A stretch of 64,000 nt of DNA from Lama glama (taxonomy: Eukaryota): the NCBI GenBank assembly GCA_028534125.1, contig CM052816.1:23748001-23812000 (forward strand), in the 5' to 3' direction. Below the pieces are notes generated by a model. The model was not told the origin of the DNA. It saw only the letters and a list, made by a program, of their open reading frames with translations, and did no database searches. Both the position numbers and the translations under genes were made by a program. The number at the start of each line of letters is the position of its first letter. The first letter of the stretch is position 1. Shown here piece after piece: positions 11,663 to 24,400 of this stretch.

Positions 11663-11761
11663 CGATTTGTAGAAATAGTTGTGGAGATGGATTTTGTTCT
11701 CGTCCTAACATGTGTACTTGTTCCAGTGGCCAAATATCACCTACCTGTGGATCAAAATCAA
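11663..11761 (+). CDS. FBN2: FBN2 coding exon 3: EGF-like domain 1
   Basis: Acceptor tgctttctgcag|CG, donor A|gtatgt; encodes (P)[32 protein letters not shown], 6 Cys; 99 nt. Not present in the supplied ORF track. Confidence 0.97.
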
Positions 11762-12049
11762 GTATGTTTTTCATATGTGACCTTACTTACTCCATTATCT
11801 GTAAACTTTTGAGTAAAAACTAAATGTCCTTTTAAGGAAGATACAGACCCATGATTATTTTCCTCACTAACTAGGTCGGTATTAATCTTTGGAATAAAAA
11901 TCTTTGGTGGCTTAATTATTGCTACCCCAACAACTAAGGGATAATGAAGGTAATGATTTTCATTAAGAAAAATGATTTCATTCTGGTCCAAAAGCTATGT
12001 GTCTATGCAGTAAAAGGGCCTGCATTCTGTGGAGAAGTAATTCTTAGAG

Positions 12050-12270
12050 AAGAATAGTTATAACTTACTGAGTTTTTACCATGTTCTAGGTACTAAGTGT
12101 TTGACTATATCATTGTACTTAATCCTCATGTGAACACTATGAGATACTATGATTTATACCCCATTGACAGAGAAGGAGGTTGAGGCACACATGAGTTTAA
12201 CTCACCCAAGGTAACATCTCTTTGAATCCAGGAATATTCATGCCTAAGTCTGTAGACTCAAACTCTGGGC
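12050..12270 (-). mobile_element. MIR SINE
   Basis: MIR core-like acttactgag...ttaatcctca...cccattgacagagaagga...tgaggcac...cccaaggtaaca. Confidence 0.75.
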
Positions 12271-12970
12271 TCTGTTTATTGGCTTTGCTTAACCCCTGCA
12301 GGGTACCCTGTTTTGTGGGTTAACTAAAGCGGAAGGATAGAGGATTGGGGTGACAAGTATTTGCTGTGTACTAACCAGATGCTTTACATATATTGACTTA
12401 TTTTATGCACATGAACTCCCAGCAGCTCTCTCAGATCACTGTGACAGTGGACTAAGATCGTATTTTTCATGAGCTAATTAGAAATTGTTGGGTCTTTAAG
12501 GTCCGAGATTATTTTTTTAGACCAGTGTTTAAGGTAATGTTATATGACACTGTGGAAGTAGCTATTGTTTATTTAATTGCTCGGTGATTAAATCTTTAAG
12601 TCTGCCTCAAACTAGTATGAAGTTGTTATATTTTTAACATTTCCCTCTACAAATTTTTCCCAAGAAAAAGTAGTACATAATCTGTCTGACTGAGGAATAT
12701 AAGATTCAAGATTTGTACGACAGAGGTCATTGTCTGATAATGAAACTTCTGATTAATGCTCTAGTTTCACTTTTTTTTTTCTTAAATAATCTGTCATTTT
12801 CCCAGTCTTTTAAAACCTGTTGTTCCGAATTGAGAGAGACTTTCCTTACCACCCTGATCAGCCATTTCTCCACCACTTTACTTCACCCACCTTGTCCGAC
12901 TGCCTGGGAGGTAACTTTGCCCATAGCATCATTATCCTATTTTCTTAGTTTTCTCATGCGTGCCTTCAGC

Positions 12971-13026
12971 AAAAAAAAAAAAAACCCAAAAAACAAAAAA
13001 ACAAAACAAAACAAAAAAAAACCCAA
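12971..13026 (+). repeat. A-rich simple repeat (A)n/(AAAAC)n
   Basis: aaaaaaaaaaaaaacccaaaaaacaaaaaaacaaaacaaaacaaaaaaaaacccaa seen directly. Confidence 0.9.
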
Positions 13027-13249
13027 TCCTGGAGAAATTTTACAATTCAATTCCTTAATTCCTCTACCTCATTTCCTCAAGAGGGCAGCTGAATATTCAC
13101 TAACCAACCCTCGGTTTGTAGTGTATAATTTAACAGGGGATCCATGAATTCACTGGCCTTGAGTAATACTCACTCCCTTTTCCATCAGGAACTTTTCTGT
13201 CCTTTCCATTCCTCCCGGTGCTCCATCTCCCGAAAGCATTTAGCGCTAG

Positions 13250-14400
13250 TAATCGTTCTCTTCTTGCAATGCTCTCTTTTCCCTTCACTTGTGTACTATT
13301 ACTGGCTCACAACGCTCCTTTTCTGAATTATTATTTTTAGTCTCCTGTCTGTATCTTCTTTTATTGGCCTTCCGTTCACAGTTTAGAGTTCCCAAGAGTT
13401 CTGTTTTCCCTGGGTGAACTCATTTACACATATGTCTTCAACTACCACCAGTATGTTGCCAACTCGTAATGATTATCTCTAGAATAGATCCCTCCACTGA
13501 CCTTCATATTCACATGTTCCACTTCCTATTGGACATTCCCACTTGAATGCATAGTAAGCATCTGAAAGTGTGGTGTGAAACACCGGTTCATTGCTGACCA
13601 CAGTCTGCTGCTTCCACAGTTTCCCTTGCCCCTGAAATGGCACTGCCATCCACCCAGGGCTTAAGCAACTCTTCTTTCTCTCACATCAGGTCTTTTAACA
13701 AGATCTGTAGGTTCCACTCACTGGAAAAAAGTATCTCACATCCATCTTCTTTCCAGCACCACTGATGCTGAATGGGTCAGCTACCCTCCTCTCTCACCTG
13801 GACTATTGCAGTAACCTCCTGTTGGATTCCCTAGCTTCTGCCTTCTTCAAATCCTTTCTATCAGAGCAGCTAGAGTATCTTTTAATAATACAAATAGCAT
13901 TGCTTAACTCTCTCATTTAAACCTTTTCAATGACTTCCTGTTGCATTTGGGATATAATGCAAACTGTTCATGACCACCGAGCTCTTGTAGTATCTGGCTG
14001 GATCTGCCTGCTTCTGTAAGATCTTCCCTTCCTAGTCTGCTTCCTTATAATCATGTGAATCTTTCAGCTTTTCAAGCAGCGGGAAAGTCTTTTGATGTGC
14101 TGCTTCCTCTTCCTGTGAGGTTCCTCCCTGGTTCTTCTCATGCCTTGCTCATTTTCATTCTTCAGAACTCAGCTTAAATGTCATGTCGCATCAGAGTGGT
14201 CTTGTCTGGCTCCTGTATCCAGATTCCTCCTTGGCTCCAGGCTGCCCTCCTTCACAATACAGTGTCCCTCGGAGAACTTACCACAATCTATAATGACACT
14301 GCAGTATTTGTTTGCTTGTGTCTTTTCTGCCTCCCTGTGGGAATGTAGCTCCATGACAGTGGATACCAAGTCCGTCATGACAGCAGGGCACTGAATTCAT
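13250..14400 (+). mobile_element. L2 LINE 3' portion
   Basis: L2-like motifs cacctggactattgcagtaacctcct, cagagcagctagagtatcttt, ctcagcttaaatgtca, gaatgtagctccatga. Confidence 0.8.
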
Positions 14401-14730
14401 GTGCAGGCGCTCAGCCACTGCCTTCTGAGTGGACACACAAGTGCCCCCTGCATCCCGGAACATGCATTTCTAGTCCTCTTGTCTCTAGATCCTTTAACAC
14501 TGAAAGTGTAATATATTTTAAATACATACTAAATAACATATGTTGTGACAAATATGGTCATGTTGCACTTACATTTACAAATACAGTTACAAATAAATAA
14601 AGGTATGCTTGGGTCATAACTTCTGTAGAATAGATTGTCATTAATTGAATACTTAGTATCATTTTATAACTCTCACAGATACTGTAATTTTGGTGATTGA
14701 CAGTTTTGTGTTTTTTGTTGTTCTTTGCAG

Positions 14731-14826
14731 TTCAGCAGTGCAGCGTTAGGTGCATGAATGGTGGGACCTGTGCAGATGACCACTGCCAGTGCCAGAAGGG
14801 ATATATTGGAACTTACTGTGGACAAC
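14731..14826 (+). CDS. FBN2: FBN2 coding exon 4: EGF-like domain 2
   Basis: Acceptor gttctttgcag|TT, donor C|gtaagg; encodes (I)[31 protein letters not shown]; 96 nt. Confidence 0.97.
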
Positions 14827-15689
14827 GTAAGGCACATTGGGATAGACTTGATTTATTAGAAATAATTTGCTTTAGAGGGCATTTCATATGGAATCATCAC
14901 TGAAGGTCTTGTAAAGCCTATGAGCGTTTAAAAAATAATTTTATGTAGGAAAGATGCATCTTATAAGTGAATATCTAATTTTTCTTAGCTCTTTAAAAAT
15001 TTTTGTTCTAGAATACTGATGTTGTGGAGCACTGCTAGTGCTTTATCAAGTGAGACACATAAGCACAAGTAAATACTGACTTGCTCTTCCTTTAGCTCCA
15101 TAAAATACCTTTCTAAAAAATAAAAAAGTCTTACAGGGATCTCTCTTTTTTTAGGATATCCCAAATATAACCCTAGGAGAGCCAATTTTATAAATTGTCC
15201 TTTTCTCAAGTATGTTTAATTATTTAACACCACAGTGCAGAGCTATGAAATGAGCTTTTAAAAAATCATAGGTCACTGTGAAAGAGGGAGCTCTGACCCA
15301 GCACGGGTCTCATCTTCACTCACTGGGGAATATCCTGTACTAATCCAGGACCGACCTTTTAGCAAGGATGTAAGGATTGTGGCTCGTCCCTGGGGAATAC
15401 TCTAGGTTAGCGTTCCCCAAATTGCGGGACTCTTAGAGGATTCCTCATAGTTTTAAGTATGCATGAGTAGAAAGACATGATGCTAAAGAAAGTTGAAACT
15501 TAAATGGTAACAAAGTCCCTTTTCACCCCGTTTGCATTTTATCAGATGCAGAGTCTAGGTTTGCTGCTAATCTTCAAGGCCTCCCTAAGAATTGTCCAAC
15601 CATTTTAACGTAGAAGGATCAAGTCTTAGGTGGGCGAGACTATCTAGCTTGTTTTAAACTGACTGTTTTATTTTTGTTGGTTTAAAAAA

Positions 15690-16440
15690 CTTTTAAAAAT
15701 TATTATAGACTATATATAAAATTTACCCTTTTAATTATCTTTAAGTGCATGTTCAGTGGCATTCACATTATTGTGCAACCACCACCCCCACCCCACATAC
15801 AGAACTTTTTTTGTGTTGTAAAGCTGAAACTCTGCACCCATTAAACACCAACTCCCCTCTTCTCCCTCACCCCAGCTCTTGGCAACCACCATTCTACTTT
15901 CTGTCTCCATGAATTCGACAACTCTAGGTACTTCATATAAATGGAATCACATTGTATTTGTCCTTTTGTGACTGGCTTCTTTCACTTAGCATAATGTGTT
16001 CGTGGTTCACCCATGTTGTAACATGTGTCAGGATTTCCTTCCTTCTTAAGGCTGAATAATACTCCATTTTGTGTATATATCCTATTTTGCTTTAGTCTGT
16101 TCATCCGTTGATGGATACTTGAGGTGCTTCCACCTTTTGGTTATTGTGAATAATACTGCAGTGAACATGGGTGGACAAGTGTTCACTCAAGTCCTGTTGG
16201 ATATATACCCACAAGTGGAATTGCTGGATCATTTGGTACAATTCTATCTTACATTTTTTGAAGAACTTACATTACTGTTCCCTATAGTGGCTGCAACATC
16301 TTACGTTTTACTGCTGGTGGGAGCCAGCAGTGCACAAGGGTCTTTCTGATTACTCCACGTCCTCACCAACACCTGTTACTTCTTTCTTTTTTTTTTTAAT
16401 GATAACCATCTTAATGGATGTAAAGTGGTATCTCCTCGTG
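15690..16440 (-). mobile_element. L1MB-type 3' end
   Basis: ttggcaaccaccattctactttctgtctc...gactggcttctttcacttagcataatg...aaggctgaataatactccatt...gtggtatctc. Confidence 0.88.
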
Positions 16441-16579
16441 ACTGTTGAAGTAATTTTTTTAAGATTGCCCTCTAGTTAGGATAATTGTTGCTTTCCATTT
16501 ATAAGTGCCATAAAGTTTTCTTTTAAAATAATTTAAAATAAATAGGTAAGTTGATTTGAAGAAAAATACTCTGTTAAGG

Positions 16580-16665
16580 TCAGGAGTTGACCAAATTTTT
16601 CTCTAAAGGCCAGATAGTAAATATTTTAGACTTTGTGATTTGTATCAGTGCTCAACTCTGCCATG
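16580..16665. mobile_element. MER58-like hAT-Charlie fragment
   Basis: tttttctctaaaggccagatagtaaatattttagactttgtg...aactctgcc. Confidence 0.7.
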
Positions 16666-16719
16666 TGATAAGTGTTTGGATTAAGCTTGTATTAGACATA
16701 GAAGCTATGAAAAGAAGTC

Positions 16720-17280
16720 TGTACTAATGGAATGGTTGTGATGGATGAGAAAAAGAAAAAGCAATGGTCCATAGTGACAACTAGAAGATTTGGATTGAGC
16801 TCCAGGCTGAATGGCGATGCCGTTTCCTGATATGGGAAAGACTGAGCAGAAGTGGGTTGGACTGGGGTCAGGTGGGACTAGGAACAGGGGATGTCAAGAG
16901 TTCTGTTTTGAATTTGTTAGATGAAGAAGTCTGTTAGATTTCCAAGTGGACAGACCTTTGAACTCAGCTCTTAGGATAGAGGTCAGATAGAGGGATATGC
17001 ATTTGGCAACATGTAGATTGAATTTTTATATGGTTAATATTTTAATCATAGGCCTGGATAATGATTCCTAGGAAGTTGGTGTAGGTAGAGGAGAGAAGTG
17101 GGCTGAGGCCAGAGCCCCATGCAGCCCAGCATTCTGAGGTGGAGAAGAGGAAAGAGGAGCCAGCAAAGAACTGAAGAGTAGACAATGAGACAGGAGGAAA
17201 AGTGGGAGAACGTGGTAATCTGGAAGAGGAAGGAAGAAGGTAGCGCCAACAGTAGAGATTTATATTGTCCTGGGTCAAAA
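16720..17280 (-). mobile_element. L2 LINE fragment
   Basis: caagagttctgttttgaatttgttagatgaag...tccaagtgga...ggagccagcaaagaactgaagag. Confidence 0.75.
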
Positions 17281-17979
17281 CAGTTGGCTTTTGTTTTTGT
17301 CCTCTTTTTAACATTTTAACCTGATTCAGCATTTGTTTTTATCTGATACGTTTGTGTAGAATAACTACAGATTTGACTTACGTTCAAGTGTTTGTACTTA
17401 CGTGTACGATATAGGAGTCTGTCTAATAAAAACCTACACTTCTGTTATCTAGCACAGAGTAGGTGCTCAGTGAGTGTTTATTAAATAAAAATGTTCCAGC
17501 TTCTGCAGTCATGGTCAGTGTTCTGTTTCACAGGCTGGCCACCCTGAAACAGTTTGCTTCTCCTTTCTCCTTAGGTCATAGTAAGCACTTAAGAAACTAG
17601 CTCATATTTCCATCCATAGTTTTTTCTCCCCTGCCTTTGTCCCATGCTAGGTGGAAGCATTTTTTACCCCCTCCCTGGGTGGTCAGTGTTCTTCCATGGT
17701 GGAAATTTAGGCATATACAAATTTCTTTCCAACTGCAGTGGAAAGATAAATTTGTTTCTGTTATGTTTTGCTACCAAAAATATTACTTTATAAAATTAAC
17801 TTCGATCATAACTCATTCAAAAGAAGGAAAATTACCTCTTTTTTTCTTCCTTTTGATCCACTTTTATCTGGATTGCCTGCTTCTCTTCTTTGGCTGTTGC
17901 TCTTCAGTGTAAACTTTGGATATTGTAGAGCAAGTCTTGTTTTCCATACGAATACTCTACAGTATAAAAAAGAAGAGGA

Positions 17980-18135
17980 ATTAAGCTTTATAGAACACCT
18001 TTAATGTGTAGCCACTGTGCACGCTGTTTTTTACATCATTTTATATAGTCCTCAAACTCCTATGAAGTAGGGGCTGTTAAGTCTACTTCACAGGCAGGGA
18101 AGCTGAGATTCAGAAAGATGATGTGACTGAGATGT
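17980..18135 (-). mobile_element. MIR SINE
   Basis: tcctcaaactcctatgaagtagg...ttcacaggcagggaagctgagattcaga. Confidence 0.7.
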
Positions 18136-18353
18136 GCTGGGAGCGGCAGAACGCCTGTTCTGTACCCTGCATTGTTCTGCCTCCCAAAAAGGCGGGAAAA
18201 ATGCTGTGAGATTTTGATACAGTGCAGGATTGTTTGAGAATCTGCAGTACATCAAATACTACAATAGGTGCTCGGGATACAAGACAAACTCTGGTCCCTC
18301 TCCCAGAAGAGCTCACTCTCATGTGAGGGCAGGAACAGAAGCAGACGGCGGGA

Positions 18354-18600
18354 TCAGCGGGTCTCCTCCTGCTTGTTCACAGGAACCTTTAATACTTCTT
18401 TAAATTATTGAAGATCCCGAAGGTCTTTTGTTTAAATGGGTTATATCTGCTGATACTTACTGTATTAAAAATTAAAATTGGGAAATGAAAAAAATTATTT
18501 CACTTGAAATAATGAAGACCCGTCTTACATATTAATATAATCTTTTATGAATAATAATAATGTTTTCTAAACCAAAAAAATCTAGTGAGGAGGGGCATGG
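18354..18600. mobile_element. Charlie1-like hAT transposon end fragment
   Basis: cagcgggtctc...aaattattgaagatcccgaaggtcttttgtttaaatgggttatatct resembles the Charlie1 terminus. Confidence 0.7.
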
Positions 18601-20465
18601 TTAGTCTAAGCTGTCTAGGTTAGCCTAGATTTCATCTGTACTGGGCAAGCTCTTTCCAGGAGATGCTCAAGGCTTATCTAGCTCTCTTCTGTCTGGCATT
18701 TGGAAGCTCTGTTTTGGAAAACGCTGAGACAACCCCTCCCTTCACCTCCCCAGGGACAGATCCTGAGTGTCAATCATGAATGCTTCCTCCACTCATGTCT
18801 TAAAGGCTAGCCTAAGTGTAATGAGAGAATATATCTGAGAAAGTGACTTTCATTTACATTTCTTACAGCTTGAGAGTATTTAAAGAAAATTTTTCTTGTT
18901 TTAATTAATTATATTAGATGAGTGTTACCCATTTGCAGCGTATCTTTAGCAATCAAAACGTTCCAATCCTGACAGTCATTTCTGTGGAATTACACCCTAC
19001 TGAGAGTTCTCTGACAGTTTTCTGTTTCTTCCACATTGCTGCCCACCTCCATCTTTCTCACGCTTCTCATGACCTCTGTTCCTCCTCTTTTATCCTGTAT
19101 ATTTCTCCTTCTAACTTACTGCCCAGCTCTTATTTGAAGGCAGTGGCAGGGATGAATTGGAAGTTCTATATAGAACTCAGCTTGGGACAAGTGAAGAAGC
19201 AGAAAGATGTAGTTCTTAGGGAGACGTACTTACGCAAACGTATAAGAAATCCTGCACTGGAGCAAAGCCTGACATAGACCAAGAATTTTAAGGCTACTGG
19301 TACACTGATGCTTTAAGATGAAGATGTTTCAAAGTATGCTTTTTGGTCTTGCTACCGTGAGCAGAACAGAGACCATTCTGTGTGTTCTGGATGATGATAG
19401 GTAATCCAGTTGCATGTCCCTGGTAAGAAAATAGCAACTCTATTGCATCTTTACTCATCAGTGTATATTGAGCTTCCCACATATTGGAAGTGCACATAAA
19501 TGCGACAGACGGTTCTGTTCAACAGGTGGGTGGGACACACGCTTTTCATGTCGTATTTTCTCTTGGAGTAGATGTGATTCTTGAATTCAGCTGTCCTCAG
19601 TATGTTTCATAGGAATACTTATTTTTCAAGTAATCTGCAAAGTGATTTTTGAGGAGACTTTCTCATCGTGGGTCCTGGCTGCGAGCTGGGTGCCACCACA
19701 GGGAGGGCGGTGGGGACAGGGGTGCTGCTCAGGTTCCTTTCTGACTCTCTGACTCCCTCTGGGTCACCTGAGCTCCACATCCCGGTCTCCCTGGGGTCAT
19801 CATTATTTAAAAGTTTTGCACTGTGAGTTAATTTTGTATGAAAGAACTTAACTGTGTTGAGACCGTGAGATTTACCCCTTTCTTTCTGTCTATAACCTGC
19901 ATGTACTCTTGATGCATTAGATACTTCTCTTGGTATTTTCTTGATGAATCAATAGTATTTTCCCCCATTTTTCATGTCAGTTTTGCCTTTTCCTTATTTC
20001 TTCCACCTTCTTTTTTTCTCTTGCCTTCCTTCTCTTTGATTTTTGCTTCTTTATTGCTGTATCTTCTTCATTTTTTCATGTCACATTTTGCCCTCTCTGT
20101 TCTCTGGAGTCTGCATCCTTTTTCATACACTTCCCCATGTCTTAATCACCTCCTTACCTAAGAAATTAGATTATAGAGTTAATAGACCTGGATTCTATAG
20201 AGGATTCTAACTATATAAGCATTAGATCCAGACAATCCTTGTGATTCTGATTTTTAAAAAATCTTTTACCTGCTTAACCATGTGATTTACATGAATTGTG
20301 TAGGTTTTGATCTCAATATACACTTCAATATATTAACTTAAATGCATAATGTGATCTGTAACTTGTGTTTTAGAGGTAAGAGCCATTATTGGCTATGTTT
20401 TTACACCACTGTGTGGTCCTTGGACATTTACTGTGTAATGAGCTTCTTGCTGTGTTTGTGTGCAG

Positions 20466-20561
20466 CCGTCTGTGAAAATGGATGTCAGAATGGTGGACGG
20501 TGTATTGGACCCAACCGCTGTGCTTGTGTCTATGGATTCACTGGTCCACAGTGTGAAAGAG
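20466..20561 (+). CDS. FBN2: FBN2 coding exon 5: EGF-like domain 3
   Basis: Acceptor tgtgtgcag|CC, donor AG|gtaaga; encodes (P)[31 protein letters not shown]; 96 nt. Confidence 0.97.
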
Positions 20562-20894
20562 GTAAGAAGAGAAAAGAAGTATGAGAACCTCCCTTTGGAG
20601 AAATCTATTTTATTGTAAAAATGTGTAATTTTTTTATTACTCAACAAAAATTCTTCTAAATAGTATTTCATTCTTCTTTGATTATGTCTGTAACTTGGAT
20701 GGTTAGCTTTTGAGATAGAGCTAATAGCAGCTGAAGTGTTGCAGTTTTTTCCACCAGAATGACCTCAGTTCAGGAGGCCAACTCTGGGGCTATGGCTCTG
20801 GAGTAATTTTGAGTGAGTGACTGATGGCAAATTCTAATAATGTGCTTAATTCAAATTGTAAATCAATGCTTGGAAGTACTGCCTCTGTTAAAAA

Positions 20895-21450
20895 AAAAAA
20901 GTCAGGATATTCTTGGCTGCAAAACAAAGAAAAATCTGAAATTAATTGCCCTAACCGATAAAGAAAGACATTCCGTTGCATAACAAAAGGCTTAAGGTAG
21001 AAGGCTTCAGGTAGAAAATGATCAAGGCTTTCATTCTGTTGTTCTGCTTCTCTTGGTCCTGCCCTCCTTTGTATGTCAGTTTTGCCCTACCCTGGAGTTC
21101 TTTTCAGCTGTGAAGTGTTTGCCAGCAGTAACTAAAGCAGTATGCTTTCTTGTTCACATCTAAAGACAGAAAACCTTTCCTCTAACCATGAGCCAGTAAT
21201 AGCCTTTAAAGATACTCCATATGCTGATTGGCTTAAGCTTTGAGTTTTTGAACTGGTCCGTGGTAAGAGGAATGGTATTAATGTGTTCCATGTAGATTTA
21301 TCAGGACCTGTCTTTGAAGCAGAAGATGTTGTAAGTATCCCCAAAGTCTCATGGAAGGTAGAGTTCAGTATCAACCCAGTAAAGCTGTAGGGGGCAGAAG
21401 AAAAGGGGCGGGGGGAATGGATGCTGGGTAGACATTCAGCATTGTCCACT
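20895..21450. mobile_element. MLT1-family (MaLR) solo LTR
   Basis: agtcaggatattcttggctgcaaaacaaagaaaa start and tgattggc / gctgggtagaca end region typical of old MLT1 LTRs. Confidence 0.6.
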
Positions 21451-24400
21451 TTATCCATGTAAATGGTTGGTCAAGTCAATATGAAATCAACTTACTATAA
21501 TTTGAATAGCAGTTAAACTCATGACCTGTAGACTGCTGAAAATCCCCAGTGTTGATGCAATAAGTGAACTGTTAATAATGTCCTGATAGCAAGTGGGTAT
21601 ATCAAGAAGGTAATAAGCCTTATAAAATGTGATAAATAACTATTTAACAGTGAACCATAAGAGTAAAACAAGCTTAAACTAAAAGCAGTATTATATAATC
21701 ATTCGTACATACATATATACTCAAGTTATTTTCTTGATTACATAGATACTCAAGTTTCCCAGGGCTTGCCATAGCATCTAAAGCTGTATAGTGCTTTCTT
21801 TGTTGCAAAAGTCTGAGTACGTGAAGCTGTGTCATTGAAATATTACGGATAAGTTGTGGTGATGGTTTATGTATGTATAGAGGCTTTGAACTGCAAAGAA
21901 ACCTTATGTTTTAAAAATTGTATTCATTACACTGACAAAAACTTAATCCTGCTATTCTGGTTAAATCTTGAGAAGAAACTGAGAAATTAGAATTATATGG
22001 TAAAGTTTGAAAAGTAAGATGTATGCAGCCTTTTAACATATGCTTGTATGTATATGTACATTAAGATATTTATATTATTCCTAAGGTAATTGAGATTTCT
22101 TGGGACCGAAGCACATTCCACAAATGACAGAGTTTATACTTGCACTTAGGACAAATTAAAATGCCTTCACCAGATGCTTTTATTTCGGGAAGAAAAATTA
22201 ATTATGAAATGTTAGCATAAAATGATAAGTTGTTGAGAATGGAGTAAAACAAATTTCCTAGATGATGTTAAGTTTATTTAAACACCATAGAATGGAAAAT
22301 AGTTAAATTACAATTCTCAAACATAGTTATAATTGGTGGAGATGCTGTTCATTTTTCTGGAGGTCATGTAAACTTTGCAGCATTTTCATCCTGAAGCAGA
22401 CTTCAAGTTCAATTCCTAATTGGCAAAAAAACTGTGTAGTTTGGACTCTGAGGCTTCCAGGCATTACATCATTATTCTACAACAGTTATTCATTCATTAG
22501 ATTTGCTGGTCCTTACTAAATTTATGAGAATCCAGTAAAGGCTTACATATATTTTACATGTACAGTAGCATATTTTCAGAAAAATTAAAAAATTAATTAG
22601 TTAACTAATCGGCCTGAAGGATTTTCTTAAAAACATGGGCTTGTTTCTTAAAAATCTTTTTCAGTACTAACCTTCAGATGAAAGTTCTAAAACTTCATTT
22701 CTTCCCGAGAAGGAGTTAGTAATTTCCACTCTTAGACTGCAAACGTGAACTTTAACGCTTTTTAAAGATTTATCTTCTGTTGAATTTTAAATGTATAGTA
22801 GCTAATCCCACTAAAAGTGGAGTTCCTAGTTTTTCTCGAGAAACATATTCTACATTGCTACAAAAGGAATTAACTTACTTACGTTGAGGTTAGTGAATAG
22901 GCCGATGGCCCCAGTTAACATTTAAGGTTTATACTGTCTTTTTCAATTACTAAGTTTCAAAATATATGTTCTTTGTTCTTCCTCCCCTAAAAAGACTTTT
23001 GTAAAATTAGGGATATTTTTCCTTCTTAATGTGGAACACATACAACTTCCCTTCAAACTGGTCTCTTGAGATCAGCTGTATGATAAACGTGGCTGCTTTT
23101 CCAGTTATCTGGGCTGCTGGCAGACTGGTTTCTGGGCTGGAGAGAGACTGAGTGGTCACTAATGGCTGGCATGGTCATGGTATTTAACTTGAGCCTTAGT
23201 GCTAGTTAAGCTGAACCTTGTCGGAGTTCTCACTCTCGCTGATATGTACAATGACCTTTTCTACTCTGCATAAAAAAAGAGTTCTTGTGGCCGCATGCTG
23301 AAGGTAAAATGCAGACAGCTTAGCTGTGTCCAAGGCACATGAAGATACTCAGTTCTTTTGCTTGTCTCTTCAAACAGATGGCATTTGAAAAAAGATAGAT
23401 ATTATACTTAATGTTGTTTACCTGAGAGAACATAGAAATGCAATCAGCATTTTAGATCAAGACTTGGTGTTTTCTTTCCCCTGACAATTATTATTTATCA
23501 GTAGAAACTTGGAGGGGGCAGGCAGGCAAGAAATGAATTTACCTGAGAGTTTTCTTTACTAAATGCAGTTATTAGTTAATTACAAATGTGGCCTGTCCAA
23601 GGACGCTGTTTCAACTTCTTTAACTGAAATGATTGTTGAAATGGTTCTTTGTAATTGATTTTTTCTTGAAGCCTATATAAGGACCATCTGTTAGAAATAT
23701 ATCCTAGACTCTTTTAAATTATGCATACATTACTACTACATGTTGTTTTTTTATCGTACAAACATGACTTCCTTTTCAAAAAGTGTGTAAACCTGGTGAA
23801 ATTTCAAATATCCTTATACTTAGTCACATTTCCTTTAAAATGTATTATCTTTCGGTAAATGGTACCTTAAAAAGGAGAATTGGAGATTTGCTTTTTAATC
23901 TGTTGACATTTTAAAGAAAAATTTCTTTTGTTAACCTGAATCTGCATCAGGAAAAAAGTGAGATCAAGTAGCAAACGTTAAAGTTTATAAAATCTAAACT
24001 TTCAAGCCTTTATGTAAAATGAAAAATGGATGGATTTCCCTTCAGGGTAACTTTCATAAAATCATCCAGTCAGTGCATGAACTCAGTGTCTAAAAGTGTG
24101 TCAAGAAGGAGTCACTCAGCTGCCTCTTGAATACTTCCTGTCATAGGGCTCTCACTCACTCACCCCATCGTTAGACAGCGTTTCATTGTCAGGGTCCTGA
24201 TTGTGCAAACTCTGCATTATTATGCTCCTGCCTTAGGAGGCATTTTAACAGGTGTACGGCGTATCTCTAACTGTCTAATTCAGTGGGAATATGATGATGG
24301 TGACTTCTCTAAAAGGTGTAAATTGTAATTTACCACTCAGTTTTCTGTGATGGCACCTTTGAAATCTAATTATAAGTTCTTGAATTATTCTGTACATTTT

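Noticed and set aside
12713..13147. 144-aa ORF with Lys-rich segment
   Set aside because: Lys/Asn run is translation of an A-rich simple repeat; non-ATG start and no domain.
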